Below, piece after piece: positions 26,987 to 36,558 of a stretch of DNA of 49,731 bases. The translations under genes were made by a program, and so were the position numbers. Positions within the stretch are counted from its first letter, which is position 1; each line of letters begins with the position of its first letter. The DNA lies in the IMG/VR virus record IMGVR_UViG_3300012942_000061, positions 1 through 49,731 of that record. One strand, 5' to 3'. This DNA is from a virus (lineage: Duplodnaviria; Caudoviricetes). The notes under the pieces were generated by a model. It was not told the DNA's origin and did no database searches. It saw only the letters and a list, made by a program, of their open reading frames with translations.

Positions 26987-28054
26987 TTAGGTAGTTGGGC
27001 ATTCAGGCGGTGTAGATACACAAGTGGTGTATGCGAACGTACCATTAACTCCGTCATTAGAACAGAAGTATTTAGGCAAGTAAAGCAAATCCCAATTCAA
27101 TGACAAGTTGAAAGTAAACTTATCATCAGGGCAATCCACACGGCGAACATTCAGGTCAAACAACAGACCGGAAACAGGGTCTTCATAAGTACCCTTGATA
27201 GAGTTTCCTGAAGTGCGATATAGAGCATCCAAATCACGAACAGAGTTCAATGGAGTGGTAGCAAACATATCGGCATTTTTGTTGTAAGCCACGAATTTAA
27301 TCATGTTAGGGTCAAATGCAATCACATGACCTTTGGTTGGGTCAGCATAAATTTGGTCGATAAGAGCATCATACCACATATTGCTTGTAGGCAATTGACC
27401 GGTTTGAATACCTTGACCATTTAAGCCGCCATATTGCACAGCCTTTAGCCATGTGAACACGTCAGTACCACCAATGATATACGGCATATTCAGACCTAAG
27501 TCCGTAAATTCACGTTCGATTTCCCAAAGACCTAATGGGCGAATAGACGCATCTTTCGGGTCAGTAAAGGAAATTTGTTTTGATGTGCTACCGTCATTAT
27601 GTTTGCCCATGTTGGCAATCATTTTGGTAACAGCAGCAGCGGCAATACCCTCACGCAATTTATTCAACAGCGAAAGAATTTGCATGGTAACATTGTCCGA
27701 AAAGGTCAGATTACCATCAATCAAACGAACATCACTTGTCAACAAGTCATAGTTCTTAGTAGTGGTACATTCTGTAATTGAAGCGGTGTATTGACTTGGT
27801 TCAATAGTTTCGCCAGCATCACAAATTGAGCCGCTACAATCGTCTGCTAATGGGTCGCAAGTAGGCAAGTAATTATTAACTACAACTTGGCGATATTTGC
27901 CTTTAAAAGGCATATCTGCGCCTAAAGCGACATTGATGTAATTGTTCTGTGCAGAAGCCCTTAAAAGCGCATCTAATACAGGGTTTTTCTTGGTATAGTC
28001 GGCACGAAGCATTAATTCCTGCTGCAACGGACGACCAGCGTTTACGAAGCTCAT
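26987..28054 (-). CDS. Putative major capsid protein
   Basis: 355 aa; follows a scaffold-like gene and has its own promoter, leader and terminator. Confidence 0.7.
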   Translation of the reverse strand: MSFVNAGRPLQQELMLRADYTKKNPVLDALLRASAQNNYINVALGADMPFKGKYRQVVVNNYLPTCDPLADDCSGSICDAGETIEPSQYTASITECTTTKNYDLLTSDVRLIDGNLTFSDNVTMQILSLLNKLREGIAAAAVTKMIANMGKHNDGSTSKQISFTDPKDASIRPLGLWEIEREFTDLGLNMPYIIGGTDVFTWLKAVQYGGLNGQGIQTGQLPTSNMWYDALIDQIYADPTKGHVIAFDPNMIKFVAYNKNADMFATTPLNSVRDLDALYRTSGNSIKGTYEDPVSGLLFDLNVRRVDCPDDKFTFNLSLNWDLLYLPKYFCSNDGVNGTFAYTTCVSTPPECPTT

Positions 28055-28167
28055 CGTTATAAAATTTTAGGTTTAAAAAATAAATCCCAATCTTTTAAGG
28101 CTAATGGAATAATGCCTGTTGTCGAATATGTTTAAAAAGTCTGTATTCAGCGACTTGTATTCATCTG

Positions 28168-28175
28168 CAAAGATA
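28168..28175 (-). promoter_or_regulatory. -7 promoter box TATCTTTG for the capsid gene
   Basis: Matches the Bacteroidota TAnnTTTG consensus. Equivalent minus-strand boxes lie at 25575, 29518, 33231, 33981, 37064, 42953, 45098 and 46782. Confidence 0.7.
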
Positions 28176-28189
28176 GTATTAATTTTTAA

Positions 28190-29062
28190 TTATTCCGCTT
28201 CTTCTTGTTCTTTTTGAAGCCGCAATAAAGTTTGTTTTACTCTGTCCGGTATATTGTCAGGGATATGTCGGTTTGAATTAAACTGAATACCTCCACCAAC
28301 TTGTTGTTCCGATTTTGGTGCTACCGGAGGCACATTACGATTGTCCTTGCGAATCCATGCCATGCTTTCTGCAAATTCTTGAGCAAAATCTTCATCACTG
28401 AAAATCTTTTTGCCTCTAAATACAGGACTTGGTTCATCTCCTTTTGTGAACAGACCTACTCTGCCCTTTTCGGCATCGTATTTGGTGGTATAGTTACGTT
28501 CAGCAGCAGCCAATAAAGCCTCTGCTTGGGCATTTAAATCGCCACCATTACGAGGCATATTATTCAATAGGGAAATAAATCTATCACGCATATCCCTACG
28601 CAAGTATTTATGTTCGCTATCACGCAATTGGGCCTCATATTGTCCCCTCAATCTTTCCATTTCGGCTTCTTGTTCGGCAATAAGTTTTTCACGGTCAGAC
28701 AGCCAATCTTTTTGCGCTTTGTCAACATTGCCACGAGTGGAATCTTTAGCCAAAGCCAAAATTTCTTCAAGCTGCAAATTTGATAATTCGGAAGTTTTCA
28801 TGCCAAATGTTTGGGCTACTTTAGAGCGCAAAGAATTAATCCATTTGCCGGTATTTTTAGATTTTACATCTTCTTCAATCTCGGCTCGTAATTTTTCACG
28901 AATAAAGTCCTCGTCCGCTTCGGGAATAGACTTGATTAATTTTTGCACGTCAACGTCATTGTCGGCAGGGTTTTCATCATTACCCTCCACAACCACAGCC
29001 TCCACCTTTAGCAAGGACAGTAATTGGTTTGCTTGTTCTAAATTGATTTTTGCTTGTTTCAT
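28190..29062 (-). CDS. Putative capsid scaffolding protein
   Basis: Acidic coiled-coil directly upstream of the capsid gene. Confidence 0.65.
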   Translation of the reverse strand: MKQAKINLEQANQLLSLLKVEAVVVEGNDENPADNDVDVQKLIKSIPEADEDFIREKLRAEIEEDVKSKNTGKWINSLRSKVAQTFGMKTSELSNLQLEEILALAKDSTRGNVDKAQKDWLSDREKLIAEQEAEMERLRGQYEAQLRDSEHKYLRRDMRDRFISLLNNMPRNGGDLNAQAEALLAAAERNYTTKYDAEKGRVGLFTKGDEPSPVFRGKKIFSDEDFAQEFAESMAWIRKDNRNVPPVAPKSEQQVGGGIQFNSNRHIPDNIPDRVKQTLLRLQKEQEEAE

Positions 29063-29065
29063 AAA

Positions 29066-29293
29066 CTACGCCTTTTTTTTTAGTTTAAAATTTAAGTGAG
29101 CGAAACTCTTTTCAAAGGTCTTTAGGCTCGTTTTAAATCCAGTTCCTGGTATTTCTTGCCCATTTGAATCCGTTTGAACAACAAATGCTTCTCCAATTTT
29201 TAGCGAAACATTGGCTTCGGGAGTCAAATGTACAGCCGTTTTTTTAATTACAGGCTCTTTAATTTCTTTGACTTCTTTTTTTTCGTTTTCCAT
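29066..29293 (-). CDS. Hypothetical protein
   Basis: ORF track; operon packing. Confidence 0.5.
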   Translation of the reverse strand: MENEKKEVKEIKEPVIKKTAVHLTPEANVSLKIGEAFVVQTDSNGQEIPGTGFKTSLKTFEKSFAHLNFKLKKKA

Positions 29294-29294
29294 T

Positions 29295-29501
29295 TTAGTC
29301 TATAATTTTAAAGTTATTCTTATCGCCACCTCTTAGTAACTTTTCGGCAGCGTGTCTTGCAATTGAAAAATACGTTTTCGTTCGCTTATTTAAAATGCGA
29401 ACAGTTTGTGATTGCATACGACTAAATTCCAAAGGAAAATCATCTTTGCTATCAATAATCTTAATTTCGGGTATTGCTATTTTCTTGGGTCTGCCAGCCA
29501 T
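29295..29501 (-). CDS. Hypothetical protein (MAGRPKK)
   Basis: ORF track; promoter box at 29518-29525. Confidence 0.5.
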   Translation of the reverse strand: MAGRPKKIAIPEIKIIDSKDDFPLEFSRMQSQTVRILNKRTKTYFSIARHAAEKLLRGGDKNNFKIID

Positions 29502-29531
29502 GTCTAATTATTTTTTACAAAAGTACAACAT

Positions 29532-30074
29532 TTATATTAAATGTGCAATTTCTTGTATTGGATTTTCTGACCACATGCGATATAAGTGGAATTGATACAC
29601 TCCTTTAGCCAATCCAACCTTTCCGCCTTTTGACTTTACACAATCGGTAAAGATAAAATCAAACCTTGGCGTATTCTCAACGAATTTGCAGTTCTTCCAA
29701 ACTTTTACAGGAAACAACATGAAACATCCGGCCACAACACTATCGAAAGGCATAACTTTAGTTTTGTATGTTTCATAAAGTTCATTGGCGATAACAATAT
29801 GTTCTCTTACATCCGATTCATCATTGAATTTATACTGATATAGTTGGTGTCTAAGCCTAAGTCGATTAGTAACGCATCCGATTAATTGAAACTTATTTTT
29901 GTATCTTTCTACAATTTCTTGTATTTGATTGCCAGTATCAGGGCGTAAGAACATCGTATCTAAATCCCTTACGCACACCCAATCATTAGTGGGTAATAAA
30001 GAAATGGCATCGTTAATAGCCTTTCCGAAGTTCTTTTCGGTGCTGAAATAATTAATGTAGTGTATCTTGGTCAT
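29532..30074 (-). CDS. GT-A fold glycosyltransferase-like protein
   Basis: NFGKAIN, WVCVRDLD (DxD), AGCFMLF and YQFHLYR. Confidence 0.75.
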   Translation of the reverse strand: MTKIHYINYFSTEKNFGKAINDAISLLPTNDWVCVRDLDTMFLRPDTGNQIQEIVERYKNKFQLIGCVTNRLRLRHQLYQYKFNDESDVREHIVIANELYETYKTKVMPFDSVVAGCFMLFPVKVWKNCKFVENTPRFDFIFTDCVKSKGGKVGLAKGVYQFHLYRMWSENPIQEIAHLI

Positions 30075-30766
30075 TTGTGCTTAAACCAGCTTTTACGGTC
30101 AACAATGAAACTTTTAAAAACATTTGTTACTTTCCGTCCATGTTCTAATTTCCCTTTCCAAACCTTATAGGCTACATAATTAAACGTACCCATATCGGTA
30201 GAACCAACGGATTCGTTTTCACGCTTAGATAATTCCATAAGATTGTCATGGTACATCTTTACAATAGCATGAATAAAAGACATTAGGGTTTTACGGTCGC
30301 CACCAACAACGCCTGCATTAACCATTTGCACATCATTGGATTCATCAAAGAATGATTTTAATTCCTTGGCATGATGATATTTCCTAAGCCAATCATTTTG
30401 ACCAATCATGTCAGGCTCATCTCCACAATAAATAACCCCCTTTTTCATTTCATCAAAAGGAATATTTACCATTTCAACATCAGTAGCATCAACACAAAAT
30501 GCAAATTCAATATCGGGATTATCTCTCAAATACTGATAGTAGTGTATCCATCGTTGAAAATATGGATTGACTATGCAAGGACGTGAAACATAGCGTATAT
30601 TACCATCAACTGCGTTATCAAAGACATTGGTAATGACAGTTATATCAATACTATCATCAATGGACTGGAGCAATGGCAGTAAATCGTTAAAATTTGCTTT
30701 CCATTCTCTTTGTCGTTGTGGGTCTAATACACCTGCGTAATAAGTGGTTAAGATTTCATTTCTCAT
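30071..30766 (-). CDS. Glycosyltransferase-like protein
   Basis: RW..YY.YL, FCVDATDV (DxD), NAGVVGG and DMGTFN. Confidence 0.7.
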   Translation of the reverse strand: MRNEILTTYYAGVLDPQRQREWKANFNDLLPLLQSIDDSIDITVITNVFDNAVDGNIRYVSRPCIVNPYFQRWIHYYQYLRDNPDIEFAFCVDATDVEMVNIPFDEMKKGVIYCGDEPDMIGQNDWLRKYHHAKELKSFFDESNDVQMVNAGVVGGDRKTLMSFIHAIVKMYHDNLMELSKRENESVGSTDMGTFNYVAYKVWKGKLEHGRKVTNVFKSFIVDRKSWFKHK

Positions 30767-31433
30767 TAAAAAGTTGCTTGTATAAGATTGTGTTTTTTTC
30801 TAAGTGCTTTATTTTTTGTTCGGGCGTTACAGACGAAACAACGGTAATGGATTCATCCATACTATGAATAAGTTTTTGGCTATTTCTAACGTCCATATAC
30901 CTGAATGTGGTCAGACCATTATTAAATATTCGGTCTGAAAGATTAACGTGTTCATATCCCCAAATTTCAAACTTTTCGTTCATCGTTCCAACTATCTTTA
31001 TCGCCCTCATGTCATAATACAACATACACCCTCTTGGGTGTGAATATGCAATTATCGTTTCGTCATAATAAAGGGTTGAAATGTCCATTAACCTTTGTCC
31101 ATTCGTGTACTGCGAAAATATGTACATCAAATGAGGTTCTTTGTTATCCAAGTATGGCTTCCACCATTCCTCATGAATAGGATAACAATCATCATCGAAA
31201 AGAAAAACGTGGTCGCAATCTGACAGTAGTTCAAAGCATTTATTTTTTGCTTTTGCTATCCCTGCCTGTTTTTCAAACCTAAATGTTGCTTTTGGGAATG
31301 GGATTGTGCTTGCATCATCAACGATAATTAACTTGAAGTCTTTAGGACAATACTTGTCAAAATAGGTCAAGTTCTTTAGTAGAATACTATTTCGATTTCT
31401 CGTTGTTATGCCTACGCCTATTTTCATATTCAT
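30756..31433 (-). CDS. Family 2 glycosyltransferase
   Basis: GITTRNR, IVDDAS, GIAKAKN, LFDDD and WGYEH. Confidence 0.88.
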   Translation of the reverse strand: MNMKIGVGITTRNRNSILLKNLTYFDKYCPKDFKLIIVDDASTIPFPKATFRFEKQAGIAKAKNKCFELLSDCDHVFLFDDDCYPIHEEWWKPYLDNKEPHLMYIFSQYTNGQRLMDISTLYYDETIIAYSHPRGCMLYYDMRAIKIVGTMNEKFEIWGYEHVNLSDRIFNNGLTTFRYMDVRNSQKLIHSMDESITVVSSVTPEQKIKHLEKNTILYKQLFNEK

Positions 31434-33223
31434 TTAGTTACGTTATCTCCATCCTCAAAGTCAAAAGCACCGCCTTGACCTAAAAATGGATTATCTGTGG
31501 CACTAAAGGTAGCATAATTTTGTTCAAAAATAACATCTACCGCCTTTTTTATATTTTGTATGGGTTCTATAATGAAAGCATCATCGCCCATGCTTGCTAT
31601 AATTTGGTTCAAAATAAAGGGTATTTGAGCGGACTTACGAACTTCCTTAATGGTTATGCTACCATTCTCTAAAGCACGTCTTTTTTCGTTCTCTGTGTAG
31701 CAATAAACGGCATCCATTTCATAAATAACCCTACCCTTTTTTCGGATAACCTCATTTCCTGAATATTGCCGATTAATAAAGTCTAACGACATCTTTGAAC
31801 GAATATAATAAGGCAACCCCGAAATAACACCCTCTTTGTATTCATTTAAAAGGTCATAAGAAGACTTTACCTGATACTGTGTAGGTTTCATTATAGAAAA
31901 CGGAATAACGGCAGGAGCGTCAATTCCCTTAACCGTTACAATGTTCCGATACCCCAGTATATCTTTAATGCTATCCGTAATTACCCTATCAAAAATATGA
32001 TTTGAAATCTTTGAAATGAAAAGATACAGACGTTCTTGGTCTATAATTTTAGCCGTACCACTCTGCCGCTGCTCTAAACGCCATAAGTTCAAAGCATCAA
32101 TCATCATATCATAAATATCGGCATTTTTCTTATGATGATAGTTGTTAATTGTCGTGTCGGGATTAACAATCTTGATATGGTCTTTATCCATATCTTCCAT
32201 TGGTACAATCTTTCTTTCGCCAGGATTTGTAGAAATAGTACCTTTACCATTACAAACATGGCATTCTGTACGCCTGAATCCGCCCTCGCAATCGTCATCA
32301 TCTCCTACGCAAGTTATAACTTCTTCGCCCGTACCGTTACATAACCGACAATCTTCTTCGCCCTGAACAATGAAAGGGTGGCTGGATTCTTTGTCCACAA
32401 GCTGCTCTGATGAATAAGAACTAACATATTCATCCGCAACAGCCTGTGCTTTGACTAAAAAGCTGTCCCAAAAGCCTTGTGTATTCCATATTCCCCCTGC
32501 AATTGTGGTTGGCAATCTTCCCAATCCATGATGATAATATCCTACAATTGTAGCATATTCCTGATTATCGTCCTTTTCAATAGTAAAAATATCCTCTGTT
32601 GTTACTAAATAAACAACACCATCACGCTTGAATAACAATGAAACATCGTCATTGTAAATAATTTCAATAGACTTCACAAACCATAAAGACATTTCTATCT
32701 TATCTTTAGTTTGCTCATTGTATGGCTTAGAGGGTATTCTTAGGATATATCCATTTGGGTCTTCCATAATTGATTGGAAGGCTATTTGCCTAATCCATTC
32801 TACCAATGAAAGATTGTCGAACGCTGCCGACTTAATATACTTTTCCTCATTTTCATCAGATATTTCAATTGAATAGTTATTATCCTGAAATATTGATGAA
32901 CTTGCTAATTCAATGATTTGTAAAAATGGTGTCCTTGTAATTGGTTTGTATTGGCTTAATCGCCATTGGAATGTTTCTTCCCCTTCTCTTGGGTGTCTTG
33001 AAAGTAGCCTATTGATAAATATCTGCTGATATTCAGGTCCGAAATAACTTTTTGGAGTGTAATATGTTTGTCTATTCCCCAATGGTACAAAACGAGGTGT
33101 AGCACCTGTTGTGTGGAGGCTCATACAATAATAGACATCTCTTTTTTGATGCAATGATTTTTTATAATCATCATCAATCTTTTTATTGTCATTCAGTATA
33201 TCTAATGCGTATTGTATAGTCAT
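31430..33223 (-). CDS. Portal protein with a DnaJ-like Zn-finger insertion (probable start MTIQY)
   Basis: About 600 aa; EDPNG, YYHHGLGRLP, QSGTAKIID and CRLCNGTG...CHVCNGKG. Confidence 0.75.
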   Translation of the reverse strand: MTIQYALDILNDNKKIDDDYKKSLHQKRDVYYCMSLHTTGATPRFVPLGNRQTYYTPKSYFGPEYQQIFINRLLSRHPREGEETFQWRLSQYKPITRTPFLQIIELASSSIFQDNNYSIEISDENEEKYIKSAAFDNLSLVEWIRQIAFQSIMEDPNGYILRIPSKPYNEQTKDKIEMSLWFVKSIEIIYNDDVSLLFKRDGVVYLVTTEDIFTIEKDDNQEYATIVGYYHHGLGRLPTTIAGGIWNTQGFWDSFLVKAQAVADEYVSSYSSEQLVDKESSHPFIVQGEEDCRLCNGTGEEVITCVGDDDDCEGGFRRTECHVCNGKGTISTNPGERKIVPMEDMDKDHIKIVNPDTTINNYHHKKNADIYDMMIDALNLWRLEQRQSGTAKIIDQERLYLFISKISNHIFDRVITDSIKDILGYRNIVTVKGIDAPAVIPFSIMKPTQYQVKSSYDLLNEYKEGVISGLPYYIRSKMSLDFINRQYSGNEVIRKKGRVIYEMDAVYCYTENEKRRALENGSITIKEVRKSAQIPFILNQIIASMGDDAFIIEPIQNIKKAVDVIFEQNYATFSATDNPFLGQGGAFDFEDGDNVTK

Positions 33224-33240
33224 TTCGGAGCAAATATAAG

Positions 33241-33271
33241 ATAATCCCACCTAATTATTAAGTGGGATTAT
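33241..33271 (-). terminator. Hairpin after the major tail gene, overlapping the portal promoter
   Basis: 10-bp inverted repeat ATAATCCCAC/GTGGGATTAT; weak U-tract. Confidence 0.5.
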
Positions 33272-33278
33272 CCATTTT

Positions 33279-33908
33279 TTAGATATTAATATCTGGACAA
33301 GTTGAAATATCCAAAGCCGGAGCATCAAAAGGCAATGGGTCGCCTTTGAAAGTCAGCTCAATGTGTTTCAGTTCCAAATAAATCGGATTGGAATCATCCC
33401 CTTGTTTCTCGTAGTTACGATATGCTGTAAAGCTAAGAGTAACCGGATTGCCTTTATCGTCTTTAGGAATTTCCATTGTACCATCACAATATAGGAAAAT
33501 AGCCCGAAGATTGAAAGATGCTTTCTGCAAACTCTTTATCAAAAGGTAATCGCCAAAAGGATTTGTAACCGTACCGCTACCGTCTTTAACTTCGATTGCA
33601 ATAGCATCGTCAGCCGTTAATTTACGTCCGGTAAAATACTGAACAGCCGGCATACAATCGCTAACTACAATATCAGCAAAAGTAGGGTCTCCCCATGTTG
33701 CGTTACGCAAAGAGGAAGTAAATACGATTGAGCCATCATCAATCAATGGTTTTAGCGAGGCGCAATCTAATGGGTCGGGAACAGAGGTGGAGCAAAGAAA
33801 GAAACCAATTTTGTCTAAATTACGAGTTCTTAATTTAGGCTCACATCCTGCCGATGGGTTCGGGGTTAGCGTGTAATCTGCGCAATCCGCCGTGCATAAA
33901 GTTGTCAT
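33279..33908 (-). CDS. Putative major tail (tube) protein
   Basis: 209 aa, beta-rich, with its own promoter, structured leader and downstream hairpin, as for the capsid gene. Confidence 0.55.
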   Translation of the reverse strand: MTTLCTADCADYTLTPNPSAGCEPKLRTRNLDKIGFFLCSTSVPDPLDCASLKPLIDDGSIVFTSSLRNATWGDPTFADIVVSDCMPAVQYFTGRKLTADDAIAIEVKDGSGTVTNPFGDYLLIKSLQKASFNLRAIFLYCDGTMEIPKDDKGNPVTLSFTAYRNYEKQGDDSNPIYLELKHIELTFKGDPLPFDAPALDISTCPDINI

Positions 33909-34004
33909 TTTTATTAATTTTTATGTTTAAATAATAACGCTTTAAAGGATGCGATTAATCCGTAATACTTCTTTGCGATACAAAGATATAATTTTTTCTT
34001 TAAA

Positions 34005-34823
34005 TTACAATCCGTTTCCTTGGTCTTGTCCACATGGATTTGAAACAATAGAAATCCATTTACCCGGAGATGCGTTTATATTTTCAGGCAAATCAAAACA
34101 ATAATGCCCTGCTGTCGGTACTGTCCATGAGAAAACCTGCGGCATACCTACAACTGGATAAAACTTAATTACATAAGGCTGTATATCAGGATTGCTTGGT
34201 AAAAAATCAATACAATACGTCCTTGTGCTATTCGGGTTTATTGTAAATGTTTCGTTGGTAATTTCAGGCGGAGAAGTACATCCACAAGTACGAATATCAA
34301 TGATTGTACTATCGTAACAAACCATCCATTGCTCGTTTTCGCAACACAAAACCTCAACCTTTAATTTTACATTATTAGTTGATTGAATAGGTATAGTCAA
34401 TTGATTGGGCAAGTTCAAGTTCGTGTAATTAACAACTGTATCTGCGCCTCCATTATATGAGTATGTTATCCTAACGCCACAATTATCAGGATATGGTGTG
34501 GCTACTGTGGCGTTAATAGTTATAATATTGTCACAATCTTTATTTACATAAACACCTGAAAGTATTAAACAATCACATTCCACAACAGGTGGGTCACTAT
34601 CAACCGTAAATGGAATAACAACAGGGTTACATTCTTTGCCATTAGCGAAAACATAGGTTACTTCCAATTCATAGTTACCATCTGCGAGGTTATTTAAAGT
34701 AAAAGTATTTGTATCAATAGCACCAACATCAACCCATGCGCCACCGGGCAATTGCCGATAGCGAATATAAAAATAATCGCCCGGATTTAATGTTGGACTT
34801 CCTATGGTTACCGTCTTATCCAT
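34005..34823 (-). CDS. Fn3/Ig-like Cys-rich virion protein
   Basis: YIRYRQ...W...FTLNNLADGNYELEV. Confidence 0.65.
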   Translation of the reverse strand: MDKTVTIGSPTLNPGDYFYIRYRQLPGGAWVDVGAIDTNTFTLNNLADGNYELEVTYVFANGKECNPVVIPFTVDSDPPVVECDCLILSGVYVNKDCDNIITINATVATPYPDNCGVRITYSYNGGADTVVNYTNLNLPNQLTIPIQSTNNVKLKVEVLCCENEQWMVCYDSTIIDIRTCGCTSPPEITNETFTINPNSTRTYCIDFLPSNPDIQPYVIKFYPVVGMPQVFSWTVPTAGHYCFDLPENINASPGKWISIVSNPCGQDQGNGL

Positions 34824-35062
34824 TATGAGCCTGTTGTTACATTAATCAATGTTTGGGTGCTATATTGGCCATTACAGCATTGCTTCACACCCCTAATATT
34901 GTATGTCGTGTTGTCGGAAAGATTATTCAAAACAATAGTATCGCCAATAGGAGCAGGGTCTAACCTTGTCCATTGCGTTTCTGTACTTTTCTTATAATCT
35001 ACAATCATTGCATTTGTGCAATCTGTATTTCCAACTATCGGTATCGTTACTGTGTACGGCAT
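34823..35062 (-). CDS. Single Fn3-like domain protein
   Basis: VDYKK..ETQWT...LNNLSDNTTYNIR. Confidence 0.7.
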   Translation of the reverse strand: MPYTVTIPIVGNTDCTNAMIVDYKKSTETQWTRLDPAPIGDTIVLNNLSDNTTYNIRGVKQCCNGQYSTQTLINVTTGS

Positions 35063-35073
35063 CTCTAAATATT

Positions 35074-36555
35074 TTAAGTTTTATAAACTAAGTTTGTAAC
35101 ATCAATATACCCAAATGAACTATCAGAACTTGTTAATTGTCCCCACCATTTAATAGTTCCATCAGCACCAATTACAACGGTTACACCAGCAGGAATTGAA
35201 CTATTACATGAATTTGTTATGTAGGTATCTTCTAAAGGCAAACATCCCCCATTAATCTGTGCAATTGTTTCTCCAAATAATGATACAGTTGCCGAAGCCG
35301 GAGTGTTGAATGAAATAGATATAGATTGTCCATTTCCCATACAATCTGTTAGTGTCAATACGCCATTAGACGGATTAAATGAATATCCTGACGGTGAAAT
35401 AGTTACTCCATTTAAAGATACAGAATTAATAGTTGCACCAATGCCACTTGGCAATGTTACAAAACAAACAGATGAACCCGTATCATTGGTGTAATCATAG
35501 TTCAATGTTGTCGATGAATTATTATCAGGATAGCCCGGATTTTTAATGCTTAAATTGATACTATTGGAATCAATACCTGCAGTAAATGAGGTGTCGCCTG
35601 CTCCTTGTACCCACCCATTCATAGGGATTACCGTACAATCCGCACCCACCTTGTTTATTATTGGTGTGCCAAAAATTAAAGCATCACATTCTTCTTTTAT
35701 TAGTGTAGGTGTACCAAAAACTAAAGGAGTACAAACGGTATTGTCTTGGTTGTTACAAAGGTCATTAATATTATTAACTGAACGTAAATAAATCTTGTTA
35801 TTTTGGTTGGTTAATGTAGCATAATAAGACGTGTCAAGATTACTTCCGCCCGAAACTTTAAGCACCTTATATGAACTACATTTCATTGCTGAATTGTCCA
35901 CTTCCTGAACATCGGTAACGCCATTTTGCACCCTTAACCATTCCTTGAACCCATCATAAGATGATGCTATCAACGCTTTGCTAGAATTGTAGAATTTAGA
36001 AGCGGACATGTCGCCACCGAAAATACCATCGGTTACATTGATATACCTATCATTATTCGTTTTGCAATCTTTCTTGCATCCAAATATTTGCTGCTTGGCA
36101 CAATCTTCAATTTGCATACGCATCAAAAACATATCCTTGCAGCTATTCAATGCTAACCTAAACGCTTCTTCATCGCCACGATAAATCACTTCTTCGCCAT
36201 CAATAACGATAGTTTCGGCCTCTAACATTTCCTCAATTTCGGCCATTTTCCATCCGGGATAAATATCTAATCCCTCTAATTGCCATAACTTTGATGAACG
36301 TACCTTTTGGGTCTTACAAAAATATGATATTGTCCGTGTTATTTTTCTCGGCACTCGGCTAATATTGGCGTGCAAATTGGTAGTCTTCTTAAATCCAATC
36401 GTACCGCCAAAACCATCACTTTTAGTTTGTACATCGCCCTCTCCGTAAAAATCTCCCGTAAACGCATCAACATCACAACCTGAATAAGCCTCTAATTTCA
36501 CAATAGGCTTACCACAATCAGTTACCGGTCTTTTTATGCTAACAAGGTCTTTCAT
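35074..36555 (-). CDS. Cys-rich minor tail protein
   Basis: Position after the tape measure genes; beta-rich C-terminus. Confidence 0.55.
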   Translation of the reverse strand: MKDLVSIKRPVTDCGKPIVKLEAYSGCDVDAFTGDFYGEGDVQTKSDGFGGTIGFKKTTNLHANISRVPRKITRTISYFCKTQKVRSSKLWQLEGLDIYPGWKMAEIEEMLEAETIVIDGEEVIYRGDEEAFRLALNSCKDMFLMRMQIEDCAKQQIFGCKKDCKTNNDRYINVTDGIFGGDMSASKFYNSSKALIASSYDGFKEWLRVQNGVTDVQEVDNSAMKCSSYKVLKVSGGSNLDTSYYATLTNQNNKIYLRSVNNINDLCNNQDNTVCTPLVFGTPTLIKEECDALIFGTPIINKVGADCTVIPMNGWVQGAGDTSFTAGIDSNSINLSIKNPGYPDNNSSTTLNYDYTNDTGSSVCFVTLPSGIGATINSVSLNGVTISPSGYSFNPSNGVLTLTDCMGNGQSISISFNTPASATVSLFGETIAQINGGCLPLEDTYITNSCNSSIPAGVTVVIGADGTIKWWGQLTSSDSSFGYIDVTNLVYKT

Positions 36556-36558
36556 TGG

